Shown here: in pieces, positions 55,037 through 64,000 of the stretch
Layout: every line of letters starts with the position of its first letter
How positions within the stretch are numbered: the stretch's first letter is position 1
DNA from: Pirellulales bacterium
Lineage (GTDB): Bacteria > Planctomycetota > Planctomycetia > Pirellulales > JAICIG01
DNA length: 64,000 nt
NCBI GenBank assembly: GCA_035531595.1
Contig: DATKSN010000082.1
Location: 20,478 to 84,477, forward strand
Direction: 5' to 3'
Position numbers and translations under genes: made by a program
Notes under the pieces: generated by a model
Database searches by the model: none
Told to the model about the DNA's origin: nothing
The model's input: only the letters and a program-made list of their open reading frames with translations

Positions 55037-56875
55037 CTACCGGCCGTCGAGTTCCTTCAAAAGCGACTCGACGTCGGCGCCCTTGGCGGCGGCCTGCTTG
55101 AAAAGCTGCCGTGCTTCCTGGTCGTCACCCTTGGGGTCGGCCAAAAGGAACGCGCCGATGACGACGGGCGTTTGCTCGTCGCCCTTGTCGAGCCAGCGCT
55201 CGGCCAACATCACCGCCAGCTTTGTGGGAATCTCGTAGAGCGGATACTCGCGGTTGCGCCCTTGTACTCGGACGATCAGCATGTCGGGCCGTCCTTCGAC
55301 GACGCCTGCTACGACGCCGTTGATCGTGAATTCCTCGCCCACTTCCAGCTTGGGCAATGTTTCGCTGACGGCCTTCCAGAAATGCTCGACGTATTTCTCC
55401 AGGAGTTGTACTCTCGCCACCTCGGCGTCCAAGTCGGGCGTGACCGCGTCGAGCGTCGCCAGGTCGAGTTGCTCCTGTGCCGTTTCGAAATCGCGCTTGC
55501 CCAGCGCGGTGCGGGCGGCAGCCAGGGCTCTTTTCACGGCCGCCTCCTGCTGCGGCATCGCCTCGGGCGTAGCCGCCGGCGCGTCAGGTTCCGGCTTGGC
55601 CGGCATGTCGGGCTTCGCCGGTTCCAGTTTGGCTGGGTCCGGCGTTTCAGGGTCGGGCTTTGCCGGCCCGGGCTTTGCCGGCTCGGGGGCGGCCGGGTCG
55701 GACATTGCCGGCATCGCTTCGCTTGCCTGATCGTGCGCCGCCACCATCTTCGGATCGCCCTTGGGCGGCCAAGGTTGGTCGCTCAGGCGAGGCTTGCTTC
55801 GGCCGTCGCCAGGCGCCGTTTGACCTTGTTCGCCGGGCTTTCGCGTCGGTTTGGTTTTTGTCGCCGATGGCCGTGGCTTGTCGGCATGGCCCTTCGGCCG
55901 CGGTTGGGCGCCGTCTTGCGCGTTCGGTTCCACGGCGATCGGATACGAGCCCGATTTCAGCGCGTAGAAACCACCCGCGACGATCAGCAAGCCGGCCGCC
56001 AACACGCCGACGACCATCGGCACGGGCGACGATTGCCGGCGAAAAGCGGTTCTCGCGCTGACCGAAGTCGCCGGCGAGCCTACGGATGACGTATAGGGTT
56101 CAGGGTCTGCCACAGCCGACATTCCCGCGTCGTATGCCGGTCCCGAACCATAGATCTGTCCCGAGTTGTACGCCTGTGGCGCCTGAGCGTACATGATCGG
56201 CGCGGGCGCGGCCATGGGCATGGCGGCCATGGGAGCGCCATAGGGCGAGGTTCCGACCGACATCGCCGAGGGGTGTTGGCCGCCGTAGTAGGGAACCGCG
56301 GCAGTCGGAATCGCTTGCGCGTAAGGCGGTTGGTAGCCGTAGACCGGCATTGCCGTCACAGGCATGGCGGTAGCCGGCCCGGCCGCGCGCGGAAGCGGAA
56401 GCGGTTGGTTCGTGGGCGGCAACGGTTGGTGGGCCGGCGGTAATGGCGGATTCATCGGTGCAAGGGGCTCTGGTTCGCTAGCCTCAGCCGCCATGACCGG
56501 CATCGCCGGCGGCGCACCCGACACATACGATGAAACCAACGCCGGATCGGCCGCCGGCGGCAGCCAGTCGTCGGTCGCCGCGGAGTCGGAGGGTTTGTTT
56601 CCGGCGGCCAACGATGCGTCGTAGATTCTCTTGGTGGTCGGCGTCAGCAGTTCAACCTTGGCGCTGGCCAACTCCGAGAGGATGCGCGAGGCGATCGTCG
56701 CATGTTCTCCCGACAGGTAACCGCTGAGCCTTGATACCTGGCGTTGGAACGCCTCGGCCACCTCGGTCGGCTCGGCCCGTAAGAGCCGCAAGCCGAGCAA
56801 CTCATAATGGTTGGGAGGCTGCGCGTTGGACGTGACACCCAACCAGGCGCGATACGGGTTGAACGATTCCATCAC
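55037..56875 (-). CDS. hypothetical protein with J-domain-like N-terminus, Pro-rich middle, one TM
   Basis: FNPYRAWLGVTSNAQPPNHYELLGL resembles a degenerate DnaJ N-terminus. The Pro/Ala-rich segments include PAKPGPAKPDPETPDPAKLEPAKPDMPAKPEPD. The start is GTG at 56875 or ATG at 56872, after GGAGG. Confidence 0.6.
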   Translation of the reverse strand: MMESFNPYRAWLGVTSNAQPPNHYELLGLRLLRAEPTEVAEAFQRQVSRLSGYLSGEHATIASRILSELASAKVELLTPTTKRIYDASLAAGNKPSDSAATDDWLPPAADPALVSSYVSGAPPAMPVMAAEASEPEPLAPMNPPLPPAHQPLPPTNQPLPLPRAAGPATAMPVTAMPVYGYQPPYAQAIPTAAVPYYGGQHPSAMSVGTSPYGAPMAAMPMAAPAPIMYAQAPQAYNSGQIYGSGPAYDAGMSAVADPEPYTSSVGSPATSVSARTAFRRQSSPVPMVVGVLAAGLLIVAGGFYALKSGSYPIAVEPNAQDGAQPRPKGHADKPRPSATKTKPTRKPGEQGQTAPGDGRSKPRLSDQPWPPKGDPKMVAAHDQASEAMPAMSDPAAPEPAKPGPAKPDPETPDPAKLEPAKPDMPAKPEPDAPAATPEAMPQQEAAVKRALAAARTALGKRDFETAQEQLDLATLDAVTPDLDAEVARVQLLEKYVEHFWKAVSETLPKLEVGEEFTINGVVAGVVEGRPDMLIVRVQGRNREYPLYEIPTKLAVMLAERWLDKGDEQTPVVIGAFLLADPKGDDQEARQLFKQAAAKGADVESLLKELDGR

Positions 56876-56923
56876 AGCATGCCTCCGGGCTGAAAGGGTT
56901 GGTTCATTATGCCGAGTTCCAGC

Positions 56924-57742
56924 CTATCCCGCAAGGAAGGTGGGGGTCGTCGCCAACTGTTTAAGCGCGTCGAGCGTCCCCAGCACGTCGTCGCGTGAGA
57001 TCTCCAGCCAGCCCGCCAGCTTGTGACGCAGGATGGCCAGCTTGTACGCCTCGAAGGCCTCGGCCAGGTCGTCGGGCAATTCGGCGAGGTTGGCGAACGG
57101 CCGCACCGGCGCGCCGGGCGCATCGACCGGGTAATCGGCGGCGGCGGCGTCGAAAGGCACGCCCTGCTGAACGCCGCCCAATGGGTCGGAATCGTCCGAT
57201 TCGCCGTCGCCGGCCGGGTCGACGTTGGCGCCGTCGTCGCTGGGATCGCGCACCCGGCTCAAGCCGGCCTCGAACGCCGGATCGACGTCTTCGTCCAACT
57301 CGGCCTCGATCAGTTCCGCGTCGCGGAGGCGATCAGCCGCCACGGCGTCCGCCGTTTCCCATCGGCGGGCACGCATTTCGCTGATCGACCACTCGTTTTG
57401 CACCGCGCCTTCCAACCACATCTCCGCGTCCGGCCAATCGAACGCGGCCTGGAAATGGCTCCAGTAAAGTCCGCGATAGTCGCTTCGCACGGCCCCGAAT
57501 CGCTCGTAGACGCGGCGTAGCCTTCCGACGTGCTGGCCGGTTACTTGGCCCACGCGGCGGCTCCAGGCGTCGTCGGACCATTGTTGCGGCTCGGCGCCTT
57601 GGTCGCGCAGGGCCGCGCGCCACTCGCTGATGATTCTCCCTTTCTCCCAGTTGGTCGTACTGACCAAACCACGCCATTGGCCGATGTAGTTCAACGAAGC
57701 CGTATCGGCCTCGACCGTCTGCAAAGGGGACTCTGTTTCCAC
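56924..57742 (-). CDS. hypothetical protein with acidic C-terminal half
   Basis: GTG at 57742 is preceded by GAGGAAGG. The Trp-rich N-terminal domain reads WEKGRIISEWRAAL...WSHFQAAFDWPDAEMWLEGAVQNEWSISEMR. The longer ORF-track start would overlap the CDGSH gene. Confidence 0.55.
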   Translation of the reverse strand: METESPLQTVEADTASLNYIGQWRGLVSTTNWEKGRIISEWRAALRDQGAEPQQWSDDAWSRRVGQVTGQHVGRLRRVYERFGAVRSDYRGLYWSHFQAAFDWPDAEMWLEGAVQNEWSISEMRARRWETADAVAADRLRDAELIEAELDEDVDPAFEAGLSRVRDPSDDGANVDPAGDGESDDSDPLGGVQQGVPFDAAAADYPVDAPGAPVRPFANLAELPDDLAEAFEAYKLAILRHKLAGWLEISRDDVLGTLDALKQLATTPTFLAG

Positions 57743-57845
57743 GGGATTCCTTCCTCGATCGACTTGGGTGTTTGGCCTTACGCGCGGCGGAGCGCGTGAT
57801 GGAATTTCACCGCGCGCTGGGGATAAGTTGTTGGGAGCCTGTCCT

Positions 57846-58061
57846 TCAAGCAACCGGTGCCGTTTCCGCGGATTGAAAACTGCAGCGGTTGTGCGATCCG
57901 TCGCAGAACGGCTTGTTGGCCGACTGGCCGCAACGGCACAGCGCAATCGCCGGCTTGTCGGGATTGATGGGGAAGGCGTTCCCTTGGGCATCGCGGATCG
58001 TCACGGGGCCTTCCACCAGGAAGGGTCCGTTGTTGCGCACGCGAATTACGACGTCGGCCAT
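57846..58061 (-). CDS. CDGSH-type iron-sulfur domain protein
   Basis: CRCGQSANKPFCDGSH is the signature. AAGGAG lies upstream of the ATG. Confidence 0.85.
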   Translation of the reverse strand: MADVVIRVRNNGPFLVEGPVTIRDAQGNAFPINPDKPAIALCRCGQSANKPFCDGSHNRCSFQSAETAPVA

Positions 58062-58265
58062 GGCTCATGCTCCTTGAAATGGATCTTCGGATCGGTCAAT
58101 ATCTGTGGCTTGCGCCGCGTGCGGTATAATACCACCCACGGACGGGATGTGGTAGCGGCCCAAGCCAACTGGCCGCCCGGCGTCAACGGTACGGAATCGA
58201 CGAAATCCATCCCCTACTCGCGCCAGCGGCTTGATGCCGCGTTGCCTGAATAGTATATAACCAGC

Positions 58266-59537
58266 ATGTTGACGCTTGCAAAATACTCAGTGGGCGTGGG
58301 CGACCGTTTCGCGCATCAGGCCAATGCGCAGTTGCGGGCGTGCATGCTCGCGGCCGAACGGGGCGCCCACATCGTGCCGGTCTGGAACAAGTCGCACCGC
58401 GAACATACGACGGTCGGGTCGCAGCCGGCCGGCGTGCGCGCGGCGGCCGACGCCGCGACGCGGGAGTTGGGTTGGGGCAAGCCCTATCACGTCGACGCCG
58501 ACCATATCCGTCTGGAAACCGTGGATGGTTTCATCGCGTCGTCCGATTTCTTCACGATTGACGTGGCCGACTCGATCGGCAAGCCGGCCGCCGACGAGGC
58601 CGTCGGGGCCTTCGTCAAGGGGCACGCGGAGCTGATCGGGCGACTCGAAATCAAGGGCATCGAGCGGCCCCTCGAAACCACGCGGGCCGCCGTCGAGCGG
58701 ATCGCCGGCAAATACCTTCGGGCCGTCGAGGAGGCCGGCGCCATCTACCGACACATCGTCCGTGAAAAGGGGGAAGGCCGGTTCATCACCGAGGTCTCGA
58801 TGGACGAAACCGACAGTCCCCAGACCCCGCCGGAGTTGCTGGTGATCCTGGCGGCCATCGCCGACGAGGGGATCGCGATCCAAACGATCGCGCCGAAATT
58901 CACCGGGCGGTTCAACAAGGGGGTCGACTACGTCGGCGACCTGGCGCAGTTTGAAAAGGAATTCGGGCAGGATCTGGCCGTGATCGCCTTTGCCGTCGGC
59001 GAGTACGCTTTGCCGGCGAACCTCAAGCTCAGCGTGCATTCGGGGAGCGACAAGTTCTCATTGTACGCCCCGATCCGCCGAGCGCTGGCCGACACAGGGG
59101 CCGGCTTGCACATCAAGACGGCCGGCACGACCTGGCTGGAAGAGATGATCGGGCTGGCCGAGGCGGGCGGCGAGGGTCTGGCCGTGGCCAAGGAGATCTA
59201 CGCCAAGGCGTTGGAGAAACGCGACGCCCTCTGCGCGCCCTACGCGGCGGTCATCGACATCGACGCCGGCAAACTGCCCGGCAGCCGGGAAGTGAACGGC
59301 TGGACCTCGGAAATGTTCGTCGCGGCGCTGCGCCACGACCCCGCTTGCGCCGCGTTCAACCCGCATGTGCGGCAGTTGGTTCACGTCGCCTACAAAGTGG
59401 CCGCGCAACTGGGCGACCGCTATTTGAAGTTGCTCGAAGCCTGCCAGCCGACGATCGCCAAGAACGTGACCGAAAATTTGTACGAGCGGCACCTCAAGCC
59501 GCTCTTCGTGGGGATGAACCCTGACCACTCGCGATGA
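58266..59537 (+). CDS. tagaturonate/fructuronate epimerase (UxaE) family protein (tentative)
   Basis: The N-terminus LAKYSVGVGDRFAHQANAQL and YHVDADHI match my recollection of the UxaE family. The size of 423 aa fits. Confidence 0.6.
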   Translation: MLTLAKYSVGVGDRFAHQANAQLRACMLAAERGAHIVPVWNKSHREHTTVGSQPAGVRAAADAATRELGWGKPYHVDADHIRLETVDGFIASSDFFTIDVADSIGKPAADEAVGAFVKGHAELIGRLEIKGIERPLETTRAAVERIAGKYLRAVEEAGAIYRHIVREKGEGRFITEVSMDETDSPQTPPELLVILAAIADEGIAIQTIAPKFTGRFNKGVDYVGDLAQFEKEFGQDLAVIAFAVGEYALPANLKLSVHSGSDKFSLYAPIRRALADTGAGLHIKTAGTTWLEEMIGLAEAGGEGLAVAKEIYAKALEKRDALCAPYAAVIDIDAGKLPGSREVNGWTSEMFVAALRHDPACAAFNPHVRQLVHVAYKVAAQLGDRYLKLLEACQPTIAKNVTENLYERHLKPLFVGMNPDHSR

Positions 59538-60379
59538 TCCGATCCAGCGTCACGATCAGCCTGGTACACGAGGCGAGGGGCGGCCCGTTCGTTTTCTGGG
59601 ACGACTTGCCGGGCGCCTGCCGGCAAGCGCGGGAGCTGGGTTTCGACGCGATCGAGATCTTCCCGCCGGGGCCCGAGGCCGTCGATCGAAGCCAGGTACG
59701 GACGCTGCTGGCCGATCACGGACTGGCCTTGGCGGCCGTGGGCAGCGGAGCGGGATGGGTGAAAAACCGCTTGCACCTTTGCTTGCCGGACGCGGCGCGG
59801 CGGACCAAGGCAAGGGTTTTCATCCGTTCGATCATCGACGCGGCCGGCGCGTTGGGCGCCCCGGCGATCATCGGCTCGATGCAGGGACGTAGCGGCGACG
59901 GGGTCGATCAGGCCACGGCCGGCGGCTACCTGGCCGAGGCTCTGGAGGATCTCGGCGAACACGCCCGGCAGTACGCGGTGCCATTGGTATTCGAGCCCTT
60001 GAACCGTTACGAGACGAACATGGTCAACACCATCGCCGCGGGCGTGCGCTTGCTTGAGCGGCTTTCGACCAGGAACGTGGCGCTTTTGGCCGACCTGTTT
60101 CACATGAACATCGAAGAGGTGGACCTTCCGGCGGCGATTCGCGAGGGGGGCGGGCACATCGGCCACGTCCACTTCGTCGACTCGAACCGCCGCCCGGCCG
60201 GGCTTGGCCACATCGACTACTCGCCGATCGTCGCGGCGCTCGATGAAATCGGCTACGCCGGTTACGCCTCGGCCGAGGCCTTGCCGCATCCCGACTCGAA
60301 CGCCGCGGCCCGACAGACGATGGTTGCGTTCAAGAAGCACTTTCACGGATCCGACTCTACTTCACGCGGTCGAGAATGA
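59534..60379 (+). CDS. sugar phosphate isomerase/epimerase (xylose-isomerase-like TIM barrel)
   Basis: GFDAIEIF, LVFEPLNRYETN and HVHFVDSNR fit the family. The ATGA overlaps the upstream stop. The last 7 codons or so and the stop lie inside a PAL-A repeat. Confidence 0.8.
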   Translation: MIRSSVTISLVHEARGGPFVFWDDLPGACRQARELGFDAIEIFPPGPEAVDRSQVRTLLADHGLALAAVGSGAGWVKNRLHLCLPDAARRTKARVFIRSIIDAAGALGAPAIIGSMQGRSGDGVDQATAGGYLAEALEDLGEHARQYAVPLVFEPLNRYETNMVNTIAAGVRLLERLSTRNVALLADLFHMNIEEVDLPAAIREGGGHIGHVHFVDSNRRPAGLGHIDYSPIVAALDEIGYAGYASAEALPHPDSNAAARQTMVAFKKHFHGSDSTSRGRE

Positions 60380-60469
60380 GACAATCACGGTGGCTGGGGC
60401 GGAGCCTCAGCGATGCCCCGGTCGCTAACGAGCCGGGGCATCGCTTACGCTCTGCCACCAGCCACCACC
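60357..60469 (+). repeat. PAL-A repeat, right outer arm missing
   Basis: CTACTTCACGCGGTCGAGAATGAGACAATCACGGTGGCTGGGGCGGAGCC...CCACCAGCCACCAC. It is followed at once by GGGAGG and ATG at 60481. Confidence 0.85.
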
Positions 60470-60480
60470 CGGGAGGCCGC

Positions 60481-60927
60481 ATGCTCAAACAAAAGCTCAT
60501 TCACCCGCGCATCAACGAGGTACTCGGCCGGGCCGGCCACCACGCCAAAATCTTGATCGCCGACGGCAACTACCCGGCCTCCAGCAAGAAGGGTTCCAAC
60601 GCCGAACTGGTCTGCCTGAACCTGATGCCCGGCGTTGTGACCTGCGCCCAGGTGCTCGAGGCGCTGCTTTCGGCCGTGCCGATCGACCGGGTCAATACGA
60701 TGATGTTTACGCCGGACGACCCATACACGCTCGACTCCGATCCACCAGCCTGGGACGAGTACCGCCGGATCCTGCGCGCCGCCGGCCTGCCGCTCGATCT
60801 GGAACCGATCGACAAGTGGGGCTTTTACGAGGCCGTGGAAACGACGGACCATATCCTCACGGTCCAAACCGGCGACCAGCAGCGGTTCGCCAACTTGCTG
60901 TTGTCGATGGGTGTGCGGTTGGAATGA
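60481..60927 (+). CDS. RbsD/FucU family mutarotase/pyranase
   Basis: The sequence is MLKQKLIHPRINEVLGRAGHHAKILIADGNYP. Confidence 0.8.
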   Translation: MLKQKLIHPRINEVLGRAGHHAKILIADGNYPASSKKGSNAELVCLNLMPGVVTCAQVLEALLSAVPIDRVNTMMFTPDDPYTLDSDPPAWDEYRRILRAAGLPLDLEPIDKWGFYEAVETTDHILTVQTGDQQRFANLLLSMGVRLE

Positions 60928-60977
60928 TCCGGCAGGCGATTGACACCGGCCAAGGGTCGGGATTTAATCGGAGCCAA

Positions 60978-61790
60978 ATGAGCCACGATCTTTTCGACCT
61001 TCAGCGGGAATCGGCCGTCGTCATCGGCGGCACCGGCGTGCTGGGCGGGGCCATGGCCGAGGCGCTCGCGGGCGCCGGCGCCCGGGTTGCCGTCGTGGGG
61101 CGAAACGAAGAGCGCGGAGCCCAGCGCGTCGGCCAGATCGAGTCGGCCGGCGGCCGTGCGATGTTCAAGGCGGCCGACGCCGGCGACCGCGATTCGCTCT
61201 GCGCGGCGCGCGACGCCATCGCCGACGCCTGGGGACCGGTGAGCGTACTGGTCAACGCGGCGGGCGGCAACCGCTCCGATGCGACGCTTCCGCCCGGCGC
61301 CGATTTCTGCCAGTTGCCGCTGGCCGCCTGGCGGGGCGTGTTCGATCTGAACCTGGTGAGCGGCGTGCTGTTGCCGTGCCAGGTGTTCGGGCAGTCGATG
61401 CTGGCCGCCGGCCGCGGCAGTATCGTCAACATCGCGTCGATGTCGGGCATGATTCCCCTCTCGCGCGTGGTGGCCTACTCCGCGGCCAAGGCGGCGGTGA
61501 TCAACCTCACGAAATTCCTCGCGCGGGAGTGGGCGACCCAAGGAATACGCGTCAACTCGATCAGTCCCGGTTTTTTTCCGGCGGAACAGAACCGCGGCCT
61601 GTTGTTCAAGGAAGACGGCGGTTATTCCGAGCGCGGGGGGCGGATCGTCGGGCATACGCCCATGGCGCGGTTCGGCGAGCCGCGTGAACTTGCCGGCGCG
61701 GTCGTGTGGCTGGCGGCGCCGCAAGCCAGTTCGTTCGTCACCGGGCAGAACATCGTCGTCGACGGCGGCTTTTCGGCGGTGACGATCTAA
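60978..61790 (+). CDS. SDR family oxidoreductase
   Basis: VVIGGTGVLGGAMA, NAAGGN and YSAAKAAV are the SDR motifs. An alternative start is ATG at 60924, overlapping the upstream stop. Confidence 0.85.
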   Translation: MSHDLFDLQRESAVVIGGTGVLGGAMAEALAGAGARVAVVGRNEERGAQRVGQIESAGGRAMFKAADAGDRDSLCAARDAIADAWGPVSVLVNAAGGNRSDATLPPGADFCQLPLAAWRGVFDLNLVSGVLLPCQVFGQSMLAAGRGSIVNIASMSGMIPLSRVVAYSAAKAAVINLTKFLAREWATQGIRVNSISPGFFPAEQNRGLLFKEDGGYSERGGRIVGHTPMARFGEPRELAGAVVWLAAPQASSFVTGQNIVVDGGFSAVTI

Positions 61791-61802
61791 CGTATTTTCG
61801 CA

Positions 61803-62909
61803 ATGTCCGCACCCTGGAAACTTTCGATGAGCGGCTTACAGCTTCGCAACGACTCGTGCGCGATGGATTTCCTGGCCCTGGGAGCCTTGGTCAACCGTCT
61901 CGACCCCGGCGTGATCCCTTTCCGCAAGGCACGTTCCCTCGAGATCCACGTTTCGGGCGGCGAGTACAACGTCGCCGCGAACCTTGCCGATTGTTTCGGG
62001 CTTCGCACCGGCGTCGCCACGGCGATGGTCAATTATCCGCTGGGCGAGTTGGTGCGAAACCGTGTGCGGGAAGCGGGCGTAACGCCGTTTTACAAGTGGT
62101 ACGAGCACGACGGGGTGCGCGGCCCCAACATCGCCACGGTCTACAGCGACCGCGGCCATGGAGTCCGCGCGCCGGTCGTGTTCTACAACCGCGCCAACGA
62201 GGCCGGCGCGCTGTTGAAGCCCGGCGACTTCGACTGGGTGAATATCCTGGCCGGGGGCGTGCGCTGGTTCCACTCGGGCGGTATCTTCGCCGCGTTGTCC
62301 GAGACCACCTCGGAGCTGATCATCGAAGGGATGGTGGCCGCGAAGGCCGCCGGCGCCGTCAATTCCTTCGACCTGAACTATCGGGCCAAGCTGTGGCAAT
62401 CGGTCGGCGGGCCCCGGCGGGCCCATCAGACGTTGCGGCGGATCGTGAGCCACGTCGACGCGCTGATCGGCAACGAAGAGGATCTCCAACAAGGGCTGGG
62501 CATTGCCGGGCCGGACGTGGCCGCGAAGTCGCGGCTCGATCCCGATACGTTCTTCCAGTCGATCGACCGGGTCGTCGAGCAATTCCCCAACGTCAAGCTG
62601 GTGGCCACGACCTTGCGCGACGTGCGCTCGACCAACCGGCACGACTGGGCGGCCGTGTTGTGGCTCGACGGCCAACGCTACGTAAGCCCCACCAGCGAGC
62701 TCGACGTGCTCTGCCGCATCGGTGGCGGCGACGGCTTCGCCGCCGGACTGATTTACGGCCTGATCGCCGGACGGCCGCCGGAAGAGGCGCTGCGATTGGG
62801 CTGGGCGCACGGCGCGCTCGTGACCACGTTTCCGGGCGACGTCAGCATGGCCACGCTGGCTGAGGTCGAGGCGCTGGCCAAGGGCGGAACGGCGCGCGTG
62901 CAACGCTAA
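61803..62909 (+). CDS. PfkB-family sugar kinase (2-keto-3-deoxygluconate kinase-like)
   Basis: GGEYNVAANLA and the C-terminal GGGDGFAAGLIYG are PfkB motifs. The start is uncertain: 61803, 61827 or 61863. Confidence 0.8.
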   Translation: MSAPWKLSMSGLQLRNDSCAMDFLALGALVNRLDPGVIPFRKARSLEIHVSGGEYNVAANLADCFGLRTGVATAMVNYPLGELVRNRVREAGVTPFYKWYEHDGVRGPNIATVYSDRGHGVRAPVVFYNRANEAGALLKPGDFDWVNILAGGVRWFHSGGIFAALSETTSELIIEGMVAAKAAGAVNSFDLNYRAKLWQSVGGPRRAHQTLRRIVSHVDALIGNEEDLQQGLGIAGPDVAAKSRLDPDTFFQSIDRVVEQFPNVKLVATTLRDVRSTNRHDWAAVLWLDGQRYVSPTSELDVLCRIGGGDGFAAGLIYGLIAGRPPEEALRLGWAHGALVTTFPGDVSMATLAEVEALAKGGTARVQR

Positions 62910-62912
62910 GGA

Positions 62913-63902
62913 GTGAGTTGCTGGAACCGTGCCGGAAAGAGCTACCGCGTGGAATTTTCGCCCGACGCACCGCCCTCTCGCCTCCGCGCTCTGGCGGAAC
63001 TGGTTCGCCTGCCCAACGTCTTTACGGCGATGGCCGACGTGACGATGGGTTACCTGTTTACGCGCGACGACCTGAGCCGGTGGTGCGAATTCACATTGCT
63101 GTTGACCAGTTCATGTCTGCTCTATATGGCGGGCATGGTGCTCAACGACTACTTCGACCGTGGCGTCGATGCCCACGAGCGGCCCGCCCGGCCGATTCCA
63201 TCGGGGCGGATTACCGTGGATTTGGCCCGCACGCTTGGATTCGCCATGTTGTTGGCGGGCGCCGCGCTCGGTTGGACGGCCGCCGCCGTGGCCGGCGATG
63301 GGAGGTGCGCCGTCGTGGCCACGGCATTGGCCGCCATGGTGCTGGCCTACGATCGCCTGCTCAAACGGACGCCGTTGGCCCCGCTGGCGATGGGCGGTTG
63401 CCGGACGTTGAACGTGCTGTTGGGCATGAGCGCGGCGGCGGGCGCTTGGCATGCGGTTCATTGGCTCGTGGCCGGCGGAATCGGCACGTACATCGTCGGT
63501 GTCACCTGGCTCGCCCGCACCGAAGCGCGCACCAGCAGCCGCTGGCAATTGCTGCTGGCCACGATGGTTGTCGCGGGGGGGATCGGACTGGTGGCCTGGT
63601 TCCCGTCCTGGGCCGACGGCGACCTGGCCGCTGTCAGCCGGCCCAAATTCGCGCTGTTCAAATCGGCCAACTGGTATCTCTTGATGGGCGTCATGGGGTG
63701 GTTGATCGGATGGCGCTGTTTGCGGACGGTGTTCGACCCCTCGCCCGCCACGGTGCAGGCCGCGGTGAGGCACTGCATTTTTTCGCTCGTGATGCTCGAC
63801 GCCGCCACCTGCCTGGCGGTGCGTGGGCCGTCTTGGGCCATCGCGATCTTGTTCCTGCTGGCGCCGACGATGTTCCTGGGACGGTGGATCCATTCCACGT
63901 AG
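62913..63902 (+). CDS. UbiA family prenyltransferase
   Basis: NDYFDRGVDAHERPARPIPSGRI is the motif, and the protein has multiple TM helices. The start is GTG at 62913 or GTG at 62949. Confidence 0.8.
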   Translation: MSCWNRAGKSYRVEFSPDAPPSRLRALAELVRLPNVFTAMADVTMGYLFTRDDLSRWCEFTLLLTSSCLLYMAGMVLNDYFDRGVDAHERPARPIPSGRITVDLARTLGFAMLLAGAALGWTAAAVAGDGRCAVVATALAAMVLAYDRLLKRTPLAPLAMGGCRTLNVLLGMSAAAGAWHAVHWLVAGGIGTYIVGVTWLARTEARTSSRWQLLLATMVVAGGIGLVAWFPSWADGDLAAVSRPKFALFKSANWYLLMGVMGWLIGWRCLRTVFDPSPATVQAAVRHCIFSLVMLDAATCLAVRGPSWAIAILFLLAPTMFLGRWIHST

Positions 63903-64000
63903 CCGTGGGCATCGCCCATTCTTGAGCTTGAGCAGCATGATTGCGTTCCGCCGCTGCTCTGCGAGTCGGCCATCGACGCGATCAGTTGCTTCCAATTGCA

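Noticed and set aside
1-64000. rRNA, tRNA, tmRNA, RNase P, SRP RNA, transposase, integrase and cas genes.
   Set aside because: I scanned by eye for T-loop/acceptor-like tRNA ends, the RNase P GAGGAAAGUCC box, SRP GGAAGCAGCC, tmRNA tag frames and DDE/tyrosine-recombinase ORFs. I found none. A covariance-model scan would be needed to exclude them formally.

Overview
GC-rich bacterial chromosome segment, roughly two thirds G+C by eye. The gene content looks like a Planctomycetota (Pirellulales-like) genome: formylglycine-type sulfatases, DUF1501, tandem DUF1080, a TAT-signal Gfo/Idh/MocA oxidoreductase, several Ser/Thr kinases and GH2. This taxon call is inference. I support about 58 protein-coding genes. 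Core functions are leuCD, a suf Fe-S assembly operon, modABC, a sugar-acid catabolic cluster and a YjhG-type dehydratase. Accessory content is two intact TA pairs, one DUF104 pair with an unknown partner, and an internally deleted HipA. I found no rRNA, tRNA, cas genes, transposase or integrase by eye. The points most worth a second look: (1) An octahaem HAO-family cytochrome c overlaps a polytopic membrane partner gene. Next to it is a 1.7-kb decay zone (38.07-39.78 kb) with a qNOR N-terminal relic, a frameshifted TPR gene, a 38-bp direct repeat bracketing about 760 bp, and three 26-nt repeats with about 83-nt unique spacers. (2) The suf operon carries an embedded orphan NuoB-like [4Fe-4S] protein and a Rieske protein, has no sufS, and is interrupted by palindromic repeat blocks. 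(3) A FliG-like protein lacks the torque-generating C-terminal domain. It sits in a non-flagellar gene string, followed by two small paralogous proteins. (4) Several families of intergenic palindromic repeats are present, most prominently a ~155-bp nested palindrome with 5 copies plus a remnant, usually close to gene 5' ends. All homology statements come from my reading of the translated ORFs (motif recognition), not from database searches. Start codons were chosen by RBS and context and are less certain than stops.
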